Origin: Solirubrobacteraceae bacterium
GTDB taxonomy: Bacteria; Actinomycetota; Thermoleophilia; Solirubrobacterales; Solirubrobacteraceae
DNA: 64,000 nt
Assembly (NCBI GenBank): GCA_045805505.1
Contig: JBJMLA010000153.1
Span: 13,134-77,133 of the forward strand
Direction: 5' to 3'
The stretch's first letter is position 1. Every line of letters starts with the position of its first letter. The notes below the pieces were generated by a model, which did no database searches, was not told the origin of the DNA, and saw only the letters and a program-made list of their open reading frames with translations. A program made the position numbers and the translations under genes. Shown here piece after piece: positions 18,030-27,490 of this stretch.

Positions 18030-20045
18030 ATGGGACAGGGACCGCGGCGCGGGAGCCGCAACGGATGGGTTCTGCCGACGGCGTTGCTGTGCGCGATGGC
18101 GGCGGCCGCGCCGGCGCAGGCGGCGGGGTGGCTCGAAGCCGCGAGCGTGACCGCGCCGGCGGAGACGATCAGCGCCCCCGTGGTGGGCTCCGACGCCGCG
18201 GGAGGCGTCGTCGCAGCCTGGGTGCGCAAGGACGGGACCGACTACGTCATGGAGGCCGCGACACGTCCGCCCGGCGGCGGCTTCACGGTCCAGGAGCTGC
18301 AGCGAGGCGCGTTCATGGCCAACGCGGCGGTCGCCGTCAACAAGGGCGGGGACGTCGTCGTCGCGTGGCGCCGGCAGGCGACCACGAGCGAGATCTGGGC
18401 GGCCACGCGGTCGGCGGGCGCGGCGTTCGCGCCGGCGCAGTCCATCGCGGCGGTCCCCGGCAAGAACGCCATGGATCCCGCCGCTGCGATCAACGACGCG
18501 GGCGCGGTCGGCGTCGCCTGGCGCCTGGTCAACAGCGACACCGACGGCAAGGAGACGATCTACGCCGCGTTCCGGCCGGCCGGCGGCTCGTTCTCCGCTG
18601 CGCCGATCTCGACCAGCGACTCCTGGAACCAGAACCCGCGGATCGTGCTCGACCAAACGGGCCGGGCGACGGTGGTGTGGAGCTTCTGGAACGGCGCGGA
18701 CACGAACCTGGCGCGGGTGCGGGTGCGCAGCGGGGCCGGCGTGCTCGGCACCCAGCGCGATCTCTCCGCAAGCACGCCGACCGGCTATCCGATGTTCGCG
18801 ACGCTGGGGCTCGACAGGGACGGCAACGCCGTCGCGGTCTGGAGCCACTGGAACGGTGCGACCTACGACGTGCAGGGCGCGGTCCGTACGGCCGCCTCCG
18901 ACACGTGGACCACCCTGCCGACGTTCGGCACCAGCGCGTCGGCGTCGTTCGGCGACGAGCCCCAGGTGGCCGTGGCGCCCGACGGCAGCGCGGTGGCCAT
19001 GTGGCGCGCGCCCGACGCCACGGTGCAGGCCGCGAGCCGGGCCAGCGGAGCGGGCTTCGCAACGGCCCAGACGGGGATCTCGGCGCCCAACGTGTCGAGC
19101 CCGCAGGTGATCCTCGACGCGCAGGGCACCGCCATCGCGGTCTGGCGACGCACCGACGCCGACGGAACGCGCATCGAGACGGCCTCGCGGCCGCGCGGCG
19201 GCGCCTTCGGCGCCGTGACCACGCTGTCGGGGCTCGGGGCGTCCGCGCCGGCGGCGTCGGTCGACGGCCTGGGCAACGTGCTCACCGCATGGGTCAGGGA
19301 CGACGCTGCGCTTCCGGACGCGGCCGACAGCGCCGTGCAGGCCCGGGTCTTCGATGCCTCGCCGCCGGTCCTGGGCGCGGTCTCGGTCCCGGCGACCGCC
19401 ACCGCGGGAGCCGCGACGCCCATGTCGGCGGAGGCCGGTGATGTCTGGTCGGCGCCCACGTTCGCGTGGACGTTCGGGGACGGCGCCTCGGGAACGGGCT
19501 CCGGTGTCAGCCACGCCTTCGGGGCGCCGGGCGCCTTCACCGTCGGCGTCACGGCGACCGACGGCGCCGGCAACGCCGCGACGACGACACGCGGGATCAC
19601 GGTCGCGGCGGCGCCCGTCGTACCTCCGCCGGTGGCGGCCACGCCGCGGCTTCCGGTCACGTTCGCCCGCGCCTGGCGCAAGCAGGGAACGCGAACGATC
19701 GTCCGGCGCCTGCGGGTCGCCGGCGCGCCGGCCGGAGCGGTGATCCGCCTGGCCTGCACGGGCAAGGGCTGCGTCTTCCAGCGCAAGACCGTGACGGTCA
19801 AGAACGCCGAGCCGGTGCGGCTGGAGGGCCTGTTCAGCCTGCGCAAGAAGATCACCGCGGGCGGCAGGACGCGGACGCAGACGATCGTCGCCCGGCTGCG
19901 CCCCGGCGCGCGCGTCTCGGTCACCGTCACCGCGCCGGGCTTCGGCGGCGTCTGGCTGCGGGCGCTGGCGCGGTCGGGCAAGAAGCTGCCGGCCGTCAGC
20001 CAGGGCTGTCTCGCGCCGGGTTCGACGAAGAAGGCGGCCTGCTAG
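18030..20045 (+). CDS. Secreted protein with eight about 50-aa G-x-x-V/A-V/A-A/V-W repeats, one PKD domain and a basic C-terminal module
   Basis: Signal peptide ending APAQA. Repeats are GGVVAAW, GDVVVAW, GAVGVAW, GRATVVW, GNAVAVW, GSAVAMW, GTAIAVW and GNVLTAW. PKD signature is FAWTFGDGASGTGSGVSHAFGAPGAFTVGVTATDGAGN. Confidence 0.85.
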   Translation: MGQGPRRGSRNGWVLPTALLCAMAAAAPAQAAGWLEAASVTAPAETISAPVVGSDAAGGVVAAWVRKDGTDYVMEAATRPPGGGFTVQELQRGAFMANAAVAVNKGGDVVVAWRRQATTSEIWAATRSAGAAFAPAQSIAAVPGKNAMDPAAAINDAGAVGVAWRLVNSDTDGKETIYAAFRPAGGSFSAAPISTSDSWNQNPRIVLDQTGRATVVWSFWNGADTNLARVRVRSGAGVLGTQRDLSASTPTGYPMFATLGLDRDGNAVAVWSHWNGATYDVQGAVRTAASDTWTTLPTFGTSASASFGDEPQVAVAPDGSAVAMWRAPDATVQAASRASGAGFATAQTGISAPNVSSPQVILDAQGTAIAVWRRTDADGTRIETASRPRGGAFGAVTTLSGLGASAPAASVDGLGNVLTAWVRDDAALPDAADSAVQARVFDASPPVLGAVSVPATATAGAATPMSAEAGDVWSAPTFAWTFGDGASGTGSGVSHAFGAPGAFTVGVTATDGAGNAATTTRGITVAAAPVVPPPVAATPRLPVTFARAWRKQGTRTIVRRLRVAGAPAGAVIRLACTGKGCVFQRKTVTVKNAEPVRLEGLFSLRKKITAGGRTRTQTIVARLRPGARVSVTVTAPGFGGVWLRALARSGKKLPAVSQGCLAPGSTKKAAC

Positions 20046-20407
20046 CCCTGCGCGTCGCGCCAGCGGCGCCGCTCGCGCTTCGTCGGGCGCCCGCCGCTGA
20101 CCGGCCCTGATGCGGACATGAGCCGGCGGTCCTCGGCGTGGCGCAGTCGTGCGGCGACGGACTCGGGCGTCTCCTCGTAGAGGAGCGCCGCCTCGGGCGC
20201 GGGACCGCGGCGCTCGGCCAGCCCCCGCACCTGCACGACGCGGGGGACGGGGCCTGTCGTGATCTCCAGGACGTCGCCGATCCGCACCTCGCGCGAGGGC
20301 TTGGCCGCCGCGCCGTTGACGTGGACGCGGCCGCCGCGAACGGCGTCAGCGGCGAGCGGCCTGGTCTTCGCCAGCCGCGCTGCCCACAGCCAGCGGTCGA
20401 TGCGCAT
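20042..20407 (-). CDS. hslR: S4-domain ribosome-associated heat-shock protein Hsp15
   Basis: MRIDRWLWAARLAKTR...AALLYEETPESV aligns by eye with E. coli HslR (RLDKWLWAARFYKTR...AALLYEETAESV). Confidence 0.85.
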   Translation of the reverse strand: MRIDRWLWAARLAKTRPLAADAVRGGRVHVNGAAAKPSREVRIGDVLEITTGPVPRVVQVRGLAERRGPAPEAALLYEETPESVAARLRHAEDRRLMSASGPVSGGRPTKRERRRWRDAQG

Positions 20408-21791
20408 CGTGGGCCACGGTAGAGCCGATGAGCGCTTCGAGCGCGTCGACGCACGCGGGATCGAACTGCGAGCCGATGCCGTCGCGCAGCAGCGCGAGGG
20501 CGGCGTCGCGGTCCCAGGCCTTGCGGTAGACCCGCGGCGAGACGAGCGCGTCGTAGACGTCGGCGACGGCGAGGATCCGCGTCTCGAGATCGAAGCGCGT
20601 GAGGCCGTCGGGGTACCCCGAGCCGTCGAGGCGCTCGTGATGGCCGCGGACGGGGCGGCGCACCGCGGCGCTGTAGCCGAGCTCGGCGATCAGCTCGTCG
20701 CCCCAGACGGGGTGGCGGCGGATGACCGCCATCTCCTCGTCGGTGAGCGAGCCGGGCTTCTTGAGGATCTCGTCGGGCACCGACAGCTTGCCGATGTCGT
20801 GCAGGAGCCCGGCGACGGCGAGGTCGCGCAGGCGACCGGGCGAGAGGCCGAGCCGCTCGCCGATGGCCACCGACAGCTCGGCGACCCGCCGGGTGTGCTG
20901 CTCGGTCGACACATCCTTGGTCTCCAGGCGGGTCATCAGCGCGCGGATCTGGGCGCCGAGGAAGGCCTCCTCGTCGGCGACCAGCGCGGCGGCGGGAAGC
21001 CCGCCCGAGGTCGGGTGCGACGGGCGGGCGCGCAGCACGTCGAGCGCGAGCGGCAGGCCGACGAGCCCGACGCCGAGGAACTCCAGCGCGTGGCCGAGCC
21101 ACCAGGCCCAGGTGCCGGGCATCAGCAGCAGCGACGGGATGAGCGCGAGGCCCAGCCAGACGACGCCGACGACGACGAGCAGGTCCGAGCCGCGGCGCGT
21201 CAGCGTCCAGGTGTTGACCGCGCGGATCGCGACGGTGAGGAAGAACGCGGCGCCGACGAAGACGAGGACCCACGCGATCGTGTCGCCGGCCTGCGGAAGC
21301 GCGGGGATGCGCTCGGGCATCAGCAGACCGAGCGTTCCGAGCACGGCGATGACGACGAGCAGGACCCCGAGCGCCCAGGCGACGGGGGCAAGATGCTGTG
21401 GGCGCCGCAGGGCGGGCACCGCGGTCAGCGCCAGGAGCGCGCCGCCGACGGGCAGCGCGCTGCCGCCGGCCAGCGCGACGAGGCCGTTGGGACCGAGGAT
21501 CACGCCGGGCGTCGAGAGGCCGTGGACGACCAGCAGCAAGGTCATGGCCGCGAACGCGCCGCCGGCCAGCAGCGTGCGGCCGTCGTGGCGCCGGGCGCCG
21601 GCGATCATCAGCACGACGCTGGCGAGCGCGGCGACGGCCGAGCCGACGCTCATCACCAGGAGGTGACCCGTGCCGTCGATCGGTGCCGCCCCCTCGCCGA
21701 AGAGGAAGTGCAGGGTGGCCGACGGCAGCGCGGCCGCGGCGACGATGAGCAGGAGGTTGGCGCTCACCCTGGACCGGAGAAGGCGTTCCAT
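20346..21791 (-). CDS. Membrane-bound HD-GYP domain phosphodiesterase with a multi-TM N-terminal sensor region
   Basis: Starts at MERLLRS (ATG 21791, codon 224 of track ORF 20346..22460). About 8 TM segments, then HDIGK and HHERLDGSGYP motifs. The 3' end overlaps the hslR start by 62 nt. Confidence 0.85.
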   Translation of the reverse strand: MERLLRSRVSANLLLIVAAAALPSATLHFLFGEGAAPIDGTGHLLVMSVGSAVAALASVVLMIAGARRHDGRTLLAGGAFAAMTLLLVVHGLSTPGVILGPNGLVALAGGSALPVGGALLALTAVPALRRPQHLAPVAWALGVLLVVIAVLGTLGLLMPERIPALPQAGDTIAWVLVFVGAAFFLTVAIRAVNTWTLTRRGSDLLVVVGVVWLGLALIPSLLLMPGTWAWWLGHALEFLGVGLVGLPLALDVLRARPSHPTSGGLPAAALVADEEAFLGAQIRALMTRLETKDVSTEQHTRRVAELSVAIGERLGLSPGRLRDLAVAGLLHDIGKLSVPDEILKKPGSLTDEEMAVIRRHPVWGDELIAELGYSAAVRRPVRGHHERLDGSGYPDGLTRFDLETRILAVADVYDALVSPRVYRKAWDRDAALALLRDGIGSQFDPACVDALEALIGSTVAHDAHRPLAVGSAAGEDQAARR

Positions 21792-21884
21792 GTCCTCGTT
21801 TCTTCGGCTACGCGGGCCAATTCCTGAAGTCCGGCGCTCCGGATGCGGGCGTATCGGAACGCGGCATTTGCCACATGCGAAAGG

Positions 21885-22730
21885 ATGTCGCCTGGAGAGA
21901 TGGTGGGGAGGGCAACTACGGGACCGGTGTCGGCACCGCGTCCGGCGCGTGAGCGCCGGTCGGCTTCCGGCGTGCGCGAGATCGGGGCGATGGTCGCCCT
22001 GTTCCGCCAGACGCTGTACTCGGCGGTGCGCCCGCCCTACAGCTACGGCGCCGAGCTGGCCTCGCAGTTCATCTTCGGGCTGCGGATGGCGTGGTTCCCG
22101 CTGGTCCTCGCGTCGATCGCCTTCACCTACGGCCCGGCCGGCATCCAGGCCGCCGGCTTCCTCAAGCTCTTCGGCGCGCTCGACCGGCTCGGCGGGCTCT
22201 TCGCGCTGGTGGTCATGCGGGAGTTCGCGCCGCTGGTCTGCGCGATCGTCATCGCCGGCGTGGTCGGCACCGCGATGTGCGCCGACCTCGGCGCGCGCAA
22301 GATCCGCGAGGAGCTCGACGCGCTCATGGTCCTGGGCATCGACCCGGTCAAGAGCCTGGTCGTCCCGCGGCTGCTCAGCGTGGTCGCGCTGACCGCGCTC
22401 CTCGACGTCTTCGCGCTCGTCTTCGGCACGTTCGGGGGCATCCTGGCCACGCTGACCCACGGGGCGCCGCTCGGGCCGTTCTTCGCCACCTACTTCGCGA
22501 ACGCCACGACGACCGAGTTCGCCGCCTCGCTGCTCAAGACGACGATCTTCGGCGCGATCATCGCCATCGTCTGCTGCTACAAGGGGCTGACCGCCAAGGG
22601 CGGCCCCGAGGGCGTCGGGCGAGCGGTCAACCAGGCCGTCGTCATCTCGTTCATGGCGGTCGGGATCGTCAACTACGTGTTCACGCAGACGGTGCTCGCC
22701 ACCTACCCCGAGCTGTCGGGCGTGCGATGA
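21885..22730 (+). CDS. Mce-system permease YrbEA (MlaE family)
   Basis: MlaE-type motifs (MREFAPLVCAIVIAG, RKIREELDALMVLGIDP, GPEGVGRAVNQAVV). Start is uncertain (ATG 21843, 21885 or 21900). Confidence 0.85.
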   Translation: MSPGEMVGRATTGPVSAPRPARERRSASGVREIGAMVALFRQTLYSAVRPPYSYGAELASQFIFGLRMAWFPLVLASIAFTYGPAGIQAAGFLKLFGALDRLGGLFALVVMREFAPLVCAIVIAGVVGTAMCADLGARKIREELDALMVLGIDPVKSLVVPRLLSVVALTALLDVFALVFGTFGGILATLTHGAPLGPFFATYFANATTTEFAASLLKTTIFGAIIAIVCCYKGLTAKGGPEGVGRAVNQAVVISFMAVGIVNYVFTQTVLATYPELSGVR

Positions 22731-23524
22731 GCGGCCTCGGCGTCCGGGTCGGGGACGGCCTCGACAGCATGGGCACGATCGGCCGGTTCTGCGGCCGCGT
22801 GTGGTGGTCGGTGATCAACGGGCGCGTGCTGCGCTACATGGGCGAGGCGCTGCGCCAGGCCGGCGTGCTGATCACCGGCTCGATGATGATCGTTCTGGGC
22901 CTGGTCTTCGTGCTCGGCGCGCAGTGCGGCATCGAGGGCGCGTACGGCGCCAAGGCCGTCGGCGCGCAGTCCTCGGTCGGCGCGTTCACCGCGCTGTGCG
23001 ACCTGCGCGAGGTGATCCCCTACGCGTTCGGCTACATGATGGCCGCGAAGGTGGGCACCGGCATCGTCGCCGAGCTCGGCTCGATGCGCATCTCCGACGA
23101 GATCGACGCGCTCGAGGTCATGGGCATGGACTCGGTGGTCTATCTCGGCGCGACCCGGCTGCTGGGCTGCTGGCTGGTCCTGCCGTTCGTCTACCTGATC
23201 GCGGTGGTGGTCGGCATCACCGCGTCGTATCTGGTCGTCGTAGTCCAGCTGGGGCAGGTGTCGGGCGGTGGCTACCTGCAGCTGTTCTGGATGTTCCAGC
23301 AACCCGCCGACCTGATCTTCTCGATGATCAAGGGCATGGCCATGGCGACGTTCGTCGTCCTGGTCGGCATCTACTACGGCTACCACGTGACGGGAGGCCC
23401 GACCGGGGTGGGGAGGGCGACCGCGAAGTCGATGGTCGCCAACATCCTCGGCGTCCACGTCATCGGCCTGCTGGGCACCCAGATCTTCTGGGGAGGCAAT
23501 CCCCGCAGCCCCATCGGCGGCTGA
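22727..23524 (+). CDS. Mce-system permease YrbEB (MlaE family)
   Basis: ATGA overlap with yrbEA. Motifs SMRISDEIDALEVMGMD and GGPTGVGRATAKSMV. Confidence 0.9.
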   Translation: MSGLGVRVGDGLDSMGTIGRFCGRVWWSVINGRVLRYMGEALRQAGVLITGSMMIVLGLVFVLGAQCGIEGAYGAKAVGAQSSVGAFTALCDLREVIPYAFGYMMAAKVGTGIVAELGSMRISDEIDALEVMGMDSVVYLGATRLLGCWLVLPFVYLIAVVVGITASYLVVVVQLGQVSGGGYLQLFWMFQQPADLIFSMIKGMAMATFVVLVGIYYGYHVTGGPTGVGRATAKSMVANILGVHVIGLLGTQIFWGGNPRSPIGG

Positions 23525-24840
23525 TGGCCAGCCGGATCCTCGCCCTCACCTGCCTGGTGCTGGCCATCGTCGTGGCCGTCGTGGTGCTCGTTCCCGGAGG
23601 CGAGGGCAGCTACAAGATCGCCGCGCGGTTCGTCGACGCGGGCCAGCTGGTCAAGGGCGATCTGGTCGAGGTCGGCGGCCGCAAGGTCGGCACGGTCACC
23701 GCGCTGAAGCTGACCGACGACGGGATGGCCGACGTGATCCTGTCGATCGACGACGACGCCATCAAGCCGCTGCACGAGGGGACCAGCGCGGCGATCCGGA
23801 CGGTCGGCCTGGCCTCGGTCACCAACCGGGTCGTGGCGCTCGAGCCCGGCCCCGCCGACGCCGCCGAGATCCCCGACGACGGCGTGCTGCCGCCCAGCCG
23901 GACGCGCGGCGTGGTCGATCTCGACATGCTGCTCGACGCGGTCGACCCCAAGGTCCGCAAGGACCTGCAGACCGTCGTGCACGAGGCGGCCGGCGCGTTC
24001 GCCGACCCCGCTCCCGAGCAGGTCAACCGGGGGCTCGAGTACTTCCATCCGGCGTTGTCGCAGACGCGCCTGCTCGGCGCCGAGATCGTCCGCGACCAGG
24101 GGGCGCTCGAGCGGCTGGTGCGGACGGGCGCGGCGGCCACCGGGGCGCTCGCCTCGCGGGAAGAGGATCTCGGTGCGGGCCTGGACAGCACCGCCGCCGC
24201 TCTGCGCCAGCTGGCCTCCGCGCGCGACGACCTGGCCGACCTGATCGAGCGCGCCCCGGCGACGCTGCGCCAGACCAACGGCGTGCTCGGGCGGCTGGCG
24301 CACGCGCTCCCGGTCGTCGATCCCGTGCTGGGCGGGCTGGAGCCCGCCGTGGCGCCGCTGGCCCGATTGCTGCGCCAGACGCCGACCGTCGCCGGCGACG
24401 CCGAGCCGGCCATCGCGCAGATCCGGGCGCTCCTGCCGCAGGCCACCGCGGTGCTGCGCGACGTGCCCGCACTCGACAAGGCGGCCACGCCGGCGCTGGC
24501 CTCCACGACCATGGCGCTGCGCGACCTGCTGCCGCTCGTCGCCGGGCTGCGCGCCTACTCGCCGGACTTCATCGCCGGCCTGTTCAACGGCTTCGGCGGC
24601 GCTCCCGGCGGCTACTACGACGCCAACGGCCACTTCATCCGCATCTCGCTGCAGGGCGCGCCGTCGAGCCTGCCGGGCCTCCTGCCGACGCCGAGCTTCT
24701 CGTTCCCGTCCAACGGCTACCGGACCGGCATCGACGCCCGCTGCCCGGGCGCCGCCGAGGAGCCCGCGCCCGACGGCTCGAACCCGTGGGTGCCCGACGC
24801 GAGCCTCTGCGATCCCGCCGACAACATGGTGGCGCCGTGA
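23524..24840 (+). CDS. Mce protein 1 of 6 (MlaD-domain substrate-binding subunit)
   Basis: Start overlaps the previous stop by 1 nt (TGATG). N-terminal TM then an MlaD-like core YKIAARFVDAGQLVKGDLVEVGGRKVGTVTAL. Long helical C-terminal region. Confidence 0.9.
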   Translation: MASRILALTCLVLAIVVAVVVLVPGGEGSYKIAARFVDAGQLVKGDLVEVGGRKVGTVTALKLTDDGMADVILSIDDDAIKPLHEGTSAAIRTVGLASVTNRVVALEPGPADAAEIPDDGVLPPSRTRGVVDLDMLLDAVDPKVRKDLQTVVHEAAGAFADPAPEQVNRGLEYFHPALSQTRLLGAEIVRDQGALERLVRTGAAATGALASREEDLGAGLDSTAAALRQLASARDDLADLIERAPATLRQTNGVLGRLAHALPVVDPVLGGLEPAVAPLARLLRQTPTVAGDAEPAIAQIRALLPQATAVLRDVPALDKAATPALASTTMALRDLLPLVAGLRAYSPDFIAGLFNGFGGAPGGYYDANGHFIRISLQGAPSSLPGLLPTPSFSFPSNGYRTGIDARCPGAAEEPAPDGSNPWVPDASLCDPADNMVAP

Positions 24841-26090
24841 GGCGGCGGGTCCTCGTCCTGATCACCGTCTCGGTGGCCATCGCCGCGGGCATCGTCCTGC
24901 TGGCCGGCGGCCGCTCCGGCGGCACGGGCGGCGACTCCTACGACGTCGACGTCGTCTTCGACAACGCGCGCGGCCTGATTCCCGGACAGCTCGTCGAGGT
25001 CGCCGGCGGACGCGTCGGCAAGATCGAGGACGTCAGCGTCACCGACGACTTCAAGGCGCGGATCAGCATGTCGGTGGACTCGCGCTTTGCGCCGTTCCGC
25101 CAGGACGCCACGTGCACGATCCGCCCGCAGGGCCTGATCGCCGAGAACTACGTGCAGTGCGACCCGGGCACGGCCAAGGCTCCGGAGCTGCGCGGGGAGC
25201 ACGGCCGGCCGCCGACGGTGCCGGTCGACCACACCACGCAGCCCGTCAACCTCACCGACCTCTTCGAGCTGTGGAACATCCCGACGCGCGACCGCCTCGG
25301 GGTGCTCGTCTCGGAGCTGGGCATCGCCACCGCGGGCCGCGGCGGCGACATCGACGCGATCCTGCGGCGGGCCAACCCGGCGCTGGGCCGGGCGCGCCAG
25401 GTCATCGGCGTGCTGCTCGACCAGCGCAACGACCTGACCGGCGCGATCGACGCCTCCGACCGCGCGCTGGCGCGCCTCGTCCCGCACGCGCCCGCGGCGC
25501 GGCGCCTCATGCGGCGCGCGGCCTCCGTGCTCACCCGCACCGGCCGCCACTCGACCGAGGTCGCCCAGGCGATAGAGCGACTGCCGCGGATGCTGGCCGG
25601 CGCCGAGCCCGCGCTCCAGCGCCTCGGCGACGTCGCGCGCTCGGGCCTCCCGCTGCTGGCCCAGATCCACCGCGCGGCCCCGACCGTGGTCCGGCTGACC
25701 ACCGACGGCCCGGCGCTGGCCCGCGCGGCGCGCCCGACGCTGGCCAAGCTCGCGCCCGTCCTCGACAACGGCGCGGGCGTCGTCAAGCGCTCGCTGCCGC
25801 TGGCGCGAGCGCTGCGCGTCTACTCGCACCAGTCGTTGCCCTCGGCGAAGCTCGCCGGGCGGCTGCTGCCCGACCTCGACGCGCAGGGCTTCCCCGACAG
25901 CCTCGTGCGGTTCTTCTACTACGCGGCGCTGGCGACGTCGCGCTACGACGACACCTCGCACATCCTGCCCGCGCACATCGACGTCACCGAGTGCGCCAAC
26001 TACGCCTCGGCGCCGGTGGCCGGCTGCGTGGCCAAGCCCACCACCGAGGCGCCCGCCGCGCGGCTCATGGACTACCTGCTCGACAAGTGA
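24837..26090 (+). CDS. Mce protein 2 of 6
   Basis: GTGA start/stop overlap. TM then YDVDVVFDNARGLIPGQLVEVAGGRVGKIEDV. Confidence 0.9.
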   Translation: MRRRVLVLITVSVAIAAGIVLLAGGRSGGTGGDSYDVDVVFDNARGLIPGQLVEVAGGRVGKIEDVSVTDDFKARISMSVDSRFAPFRQDATCTIRPQGLIAENYVQCDPGTAKAPELRGEHGRPPTVPVDHTTQPVNLTDLFELWNIPTRDRLGVLVSELGIATAGRGGDIDAILRRANPALGRARQVIGVLLDQRNDLTGAIDASDRALARLVPHAPAARRLMRRAASVLTRTGRHSTEVAQAIERLPRMLAGAEPALQRLGDVARSGLPLLAQIHRAAPTVVRLTTDGPALARAARPTLAKLAPVLDNGAGVVKRSLPLARALRVYSHQSLPSAKLAGRLLPDLDAQGFPDSLVRFFYYAALATSRYDDTSHILPAHIDVTECANYASAPVAGCVAKPTTEAPAARLMDYLLDK

Positions 26091-27490
26091 CCCGCCGCCC
26101 GGACAGCCGCTGGCGCAGGATCTCGGGCGACACCCTGGTGCTGGGGTTCGCCGCGCTGCTCGTCGCCGGCCTGGCGACGGCGATCTCCTACCGCGCGCAG
26201 AACGGGCTGCCGTGGATCTCGACCTACCGCATCCACGCCGACGTCCCCGACGGCGCCAAGCTGCTCAAGAACGCCGACGTCCGGATCGGCGGCGCGCGGG
26301 TCGGCCAGGTGCTGGCCATCCACGCCGAGCCCGGCCGCGACGGCGGACCGCCGTTCACGCGCCTGGACCTCGCGCTCAAGCCCGACATCGGCCCGCTGCC
26401 CGCCGACAGCACCGTCGAGGTGCGCCTGGCCTCGGTGCTGGGCGGCAAGTTCCTCGACCTGATCCCCGGCGAGAGCAAGGACACGCTGCCGGAGGACGCC
26501 GTCCTGGCGCTCGAGCACGCCAAGCCGGCCATCGACATCGACGAGGCGCTGGTCATCTTCCAGCCCAAGAGCCGCGAGGCGATCCGCGCGATGGTCACCG
26601 AGCTGGGCAACGCGGTCGCCGGCCGGGGCGCGGTGCTCAACACGACGCTGGAGGCCGCGGGCCGCGCCTTCCCGGCCGCCGAGCGCGTGCTGAAGGTGCT
26701 GACCTCCAGCGACACCGACCTCGCCGGCTTCGTGCAGGGCACCGCGAGCGCGGCGCGAGCGCTCGACAGCGTCGCGGGCGACCTCGGCCCGCTGCTCGAC
26801 GACAGCGCGACGACGTTCGCGGCACTCGACGACGACGCGCTCGACGCGGTCCTGGTCAACCTCCCACCGGCCGAGTCGGCGGCGACGGACGCGTTCGACG
26901 CCGTCGGCCCGGTCCTCGACGACGCCGCCGCGATCGTCGACGAGCTCGGGCCCGCGGGCGACGTCCTCGAGTCCAGCCTGGCCAGCGTCGACTCGGCGGT
27001 GCGGGTCGCCACGCCGGTGACGCGGCGAGCCGGAGCGCTCGCTCGCCCGATCGACCAGGCGCTGCGGGCGGTGGACACCTTCTCGAAGAACCCGGCCGCC
27101 ACCGGCGCCATCAGCGCGCTGGGCGGCAACGATCTCGCCACGTTCGGTGGCTCCGCGTTCGTCGGCCTCGGGGCGATCATGCGCACGACGGCGACCGCGC
27201 AGCTCAACTGCAACGTGACGTCGACCTGGATGCACAACCTCGCCTCGACGGCGAGCGAGGGCGACAGCGGCGGCAACTGGCTGCGGATGGTCCCGGTGTT
27301 CGGCTTCTCGCAGTTCAACCACGCGGCCGAGCCCGCCGCCGACCTGCACTTCAACCCGTACCCGCACGAGAACGCCAAGGAGTGCGAGGCGGGCAACGAG
27401 CCCTACACCGCGGGCCAGGTCCTGGGCAACCCCGCCGGGCGCCAGTCCACGCTGGTCGCGGTTCCCACGCAGCAGGAGACGGGTCGATGA
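26087..27490 (+). CDS. Mce protein 3 of 6
   Basis: GTGA overlap. TM then YRIHADVPDGAKLLKNADVRIGGARVGQVLAI. Confidence 0.9.
   Translation: MTRRPDSRWRRISGDTLVLGFAALLVAGLATAISYRAQNGLPWISTYRIHADVPDGAKLLKNADVRIGGARVGQVLAIHAEPGRDGGPPFTRLDLALKPDIGPLPADSTVEVRLASVLGGKFLDLIPGESKDTLPEDAVLALEHAKPAIDIDEALVIFQPKSREAIRAMVTELGNAVAGRGAVLNTTLEAAGRAFPAAERVLKVLTSSDTDLAGFVQGTASAARALDSVAGDLGPLLDDSATTFAALDDDALDAVLVNLPPAESAATDAFDAVGPVLDDAAAIVDELGPAGDVLESSLASVDSAVRVATPVTRRAGALARPIDQALRAVDTFSKNPAATGAISALGGNDLATFGGSAFVGLGAIMRTTATAQLNCNVTSTWMHNLASTASEGDSGGNWLRMVPVFGFSQFNHAAEPAADLHFNPYPHENAKECEAGNEPYTAGQVLGNPAGRQSTLVAVPTQQETGR

Noticed and set aside
20346-20407. The 62-nt same-strand overlap of the HD-GYP 3' end with hslR as a mis-called start or a frameshift.
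   Set aside because: The hslR N-terminus (MRIDRWLWAARLAKTR) aligns with E. coli HslR right from the overlapping ATG, and the HD-GYP frame is simply open to 20346. The overlap is accepted as real rather than as an error or recoding site.
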